The notes below the pieces were generated by a model that was not told where the DNA came from, did no database searches, and worked only from the letters and a program-made list of their open reading frames with translations. The position numbers were made by a program, and so were the translations under genes. A stretch of 63,833 nt of DNA, filler included, from Octopus bimaculoides (Eukaryota): NCBI RefSeq assembly GCF_001194135.2. It is 5 parts of 4 records of this genome, joined end to end, with 100 filler letters (N's around TTAATTAATTAA, not from the genome) between each part and the next. Parts side by side here need not be neighbours in the genome. Positions count along the whole stretch, not along the records: positions 57,353 to 63,833 come from NC_069006.1; 4 more parts are not named here. One strand, written 5' to 3'. Shown here piece by piece: positions 62,775-63,833 of the stretch (position 1 is the first letter of the stretch; each line of letters opens with the position of its first letter).

Positions 62775-63833
62775 CATTTTTAGTAATAAAGATCATTGCG
62801 AGAGACAAATCTGGGGAAATAGCAGCTAAATCACCGTTTTTAGCAAAATCATATTTGGGGAAATTTCTGCTAGAAATAGCAGCTAAANNNNNNNNNNTAG
62901 AACAATTTGTTTTGTAATTTCTACAGCTTATGGTTTATTAGAAAGGGGTGGGGAAAAAAATTGACTAACATTAACAATTTGAAAGGAATCGAAAGAATTC
63001 ATGATCATATCTAATGAACATGTACTTTTGTGTGCCTTTTACCATACATAGATGGCTTTATATCAGGAATTTTTTCATGTCTTCCTGCTACGGTGTTCGT
63101 TTCCAAATGTCTGTCTTATTTGTTCAATATCATAATTTCTGTAAACTTCATGTCGTCGTAAGCAGAGAAACCATGGCGATATACACCCATTCCTGATTCC
63201 TCAGTGAAAAAAACCATCCCTCCAGTTCATATATGCTTACCAGCCTAACTTCCGAAGGCAACTAAAGTAGAAAGTGTCCAACTAATAACATCCCTATTTA
63301 ACGATTTTAGTTCAGTATTTATTTTGTGTAGCTCTAATATTTCTTAGACTCAGTAAATTTTCAAATAAAGTATTTTTGTTTTTAAATGCCTCATATGATT
63401 TATTAATTATTTAAAAATTGTATTTATGTATTTATGTATTTTATTCATTTTCCTGAAACTCAGTACAGAACAAACTGAATTATTCCAACCAGAACCCTCT
63501 CCTTAATCTCTCTTATTAATATACACTTGCCACACATTTAATTCTTTATCTTTTGCTCATTCTTTTATTCATGTCTCTTCCCATCTGTCACATGATCAAG
63601 GCCCCATGTCCTCTAAGTGGTTCACTCACAGCTGTGCCACAAACTCCTTCACAATTTGCAACCACTTGAGTCCGCATGCCATGTGGAATTTGTATATATT
63701 GTGCAAAATGCCTCCTGCCCACTACTGACCAAATAAGGTAGGTACTCCTGCAGAGACAGCTTCCATAGATGATACTAATTCTACCAACTATCCACCATAT
63801 TGCTCTCACTTTTATTTTGAATCAAGAGATTTG

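Noticed and set aside
62541-63809. Paired minus-strand ORFs (RAIWWIVGRIS..GHGALIM) as a duplicated gene, and a SSMEAVSAGVP frame resembling a UGT motif
   Set aside because: 9 of 11 substitutions inside the ORF are non-synonymous, the other frames have stops, and no splice context or full UGT signature is present.

Overview
Eukaryotic, AT-rich, microsatellite- and transposon-dense genomic DNA with many N gaps. The SINE/LINE families and assembly style point to a cephalopod, probably Octopus (inference). No prokaryotic features, rRNA, true tRNA or CRISPR were found. The only gene I can identify with confidence is the 3' part of the mitochondrial 2-oxoglutarate/malate carrier SLC25A11: three + strand exons at 58928-59027, 59635-59686 and 61291-61467. 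I could not find its upstream exons in the visible sequence. The rest is mostly decayed mobile DNA: a Buster/ZBED5-type hAT, a mellifera-type mariner, a DD37D-type Tc1/mariner, a full-length pogo/Tigger whose transposase carries a 72-nt GT-AG intron, RTE, R4-like and Penelope-like retroelement fragments, Helitron/DINE-like elements, MITEs and many tRNA-derived SINEs. Four artificial 100-bp joins (44 N + TTAATTAATTAA + 44 N) split the window into five scaffold pieces. The leads most worth checking are: an inverted MITE pair bracketing two SLC25A11 exons (possible dsRNA/ADAR or circRNA substrate); long near-perfect hairpins; the intron-bearing Tigger; a CpG-retained to CpG-depleted switch at ~31.4 kb; and well-formed orphan exon candidates of an unidentified membrane-protein gene. 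I see no convincing evidence of a new multi-gene biological system. Nearly all listed ORFs are microsatellite or N-gap artefacts.
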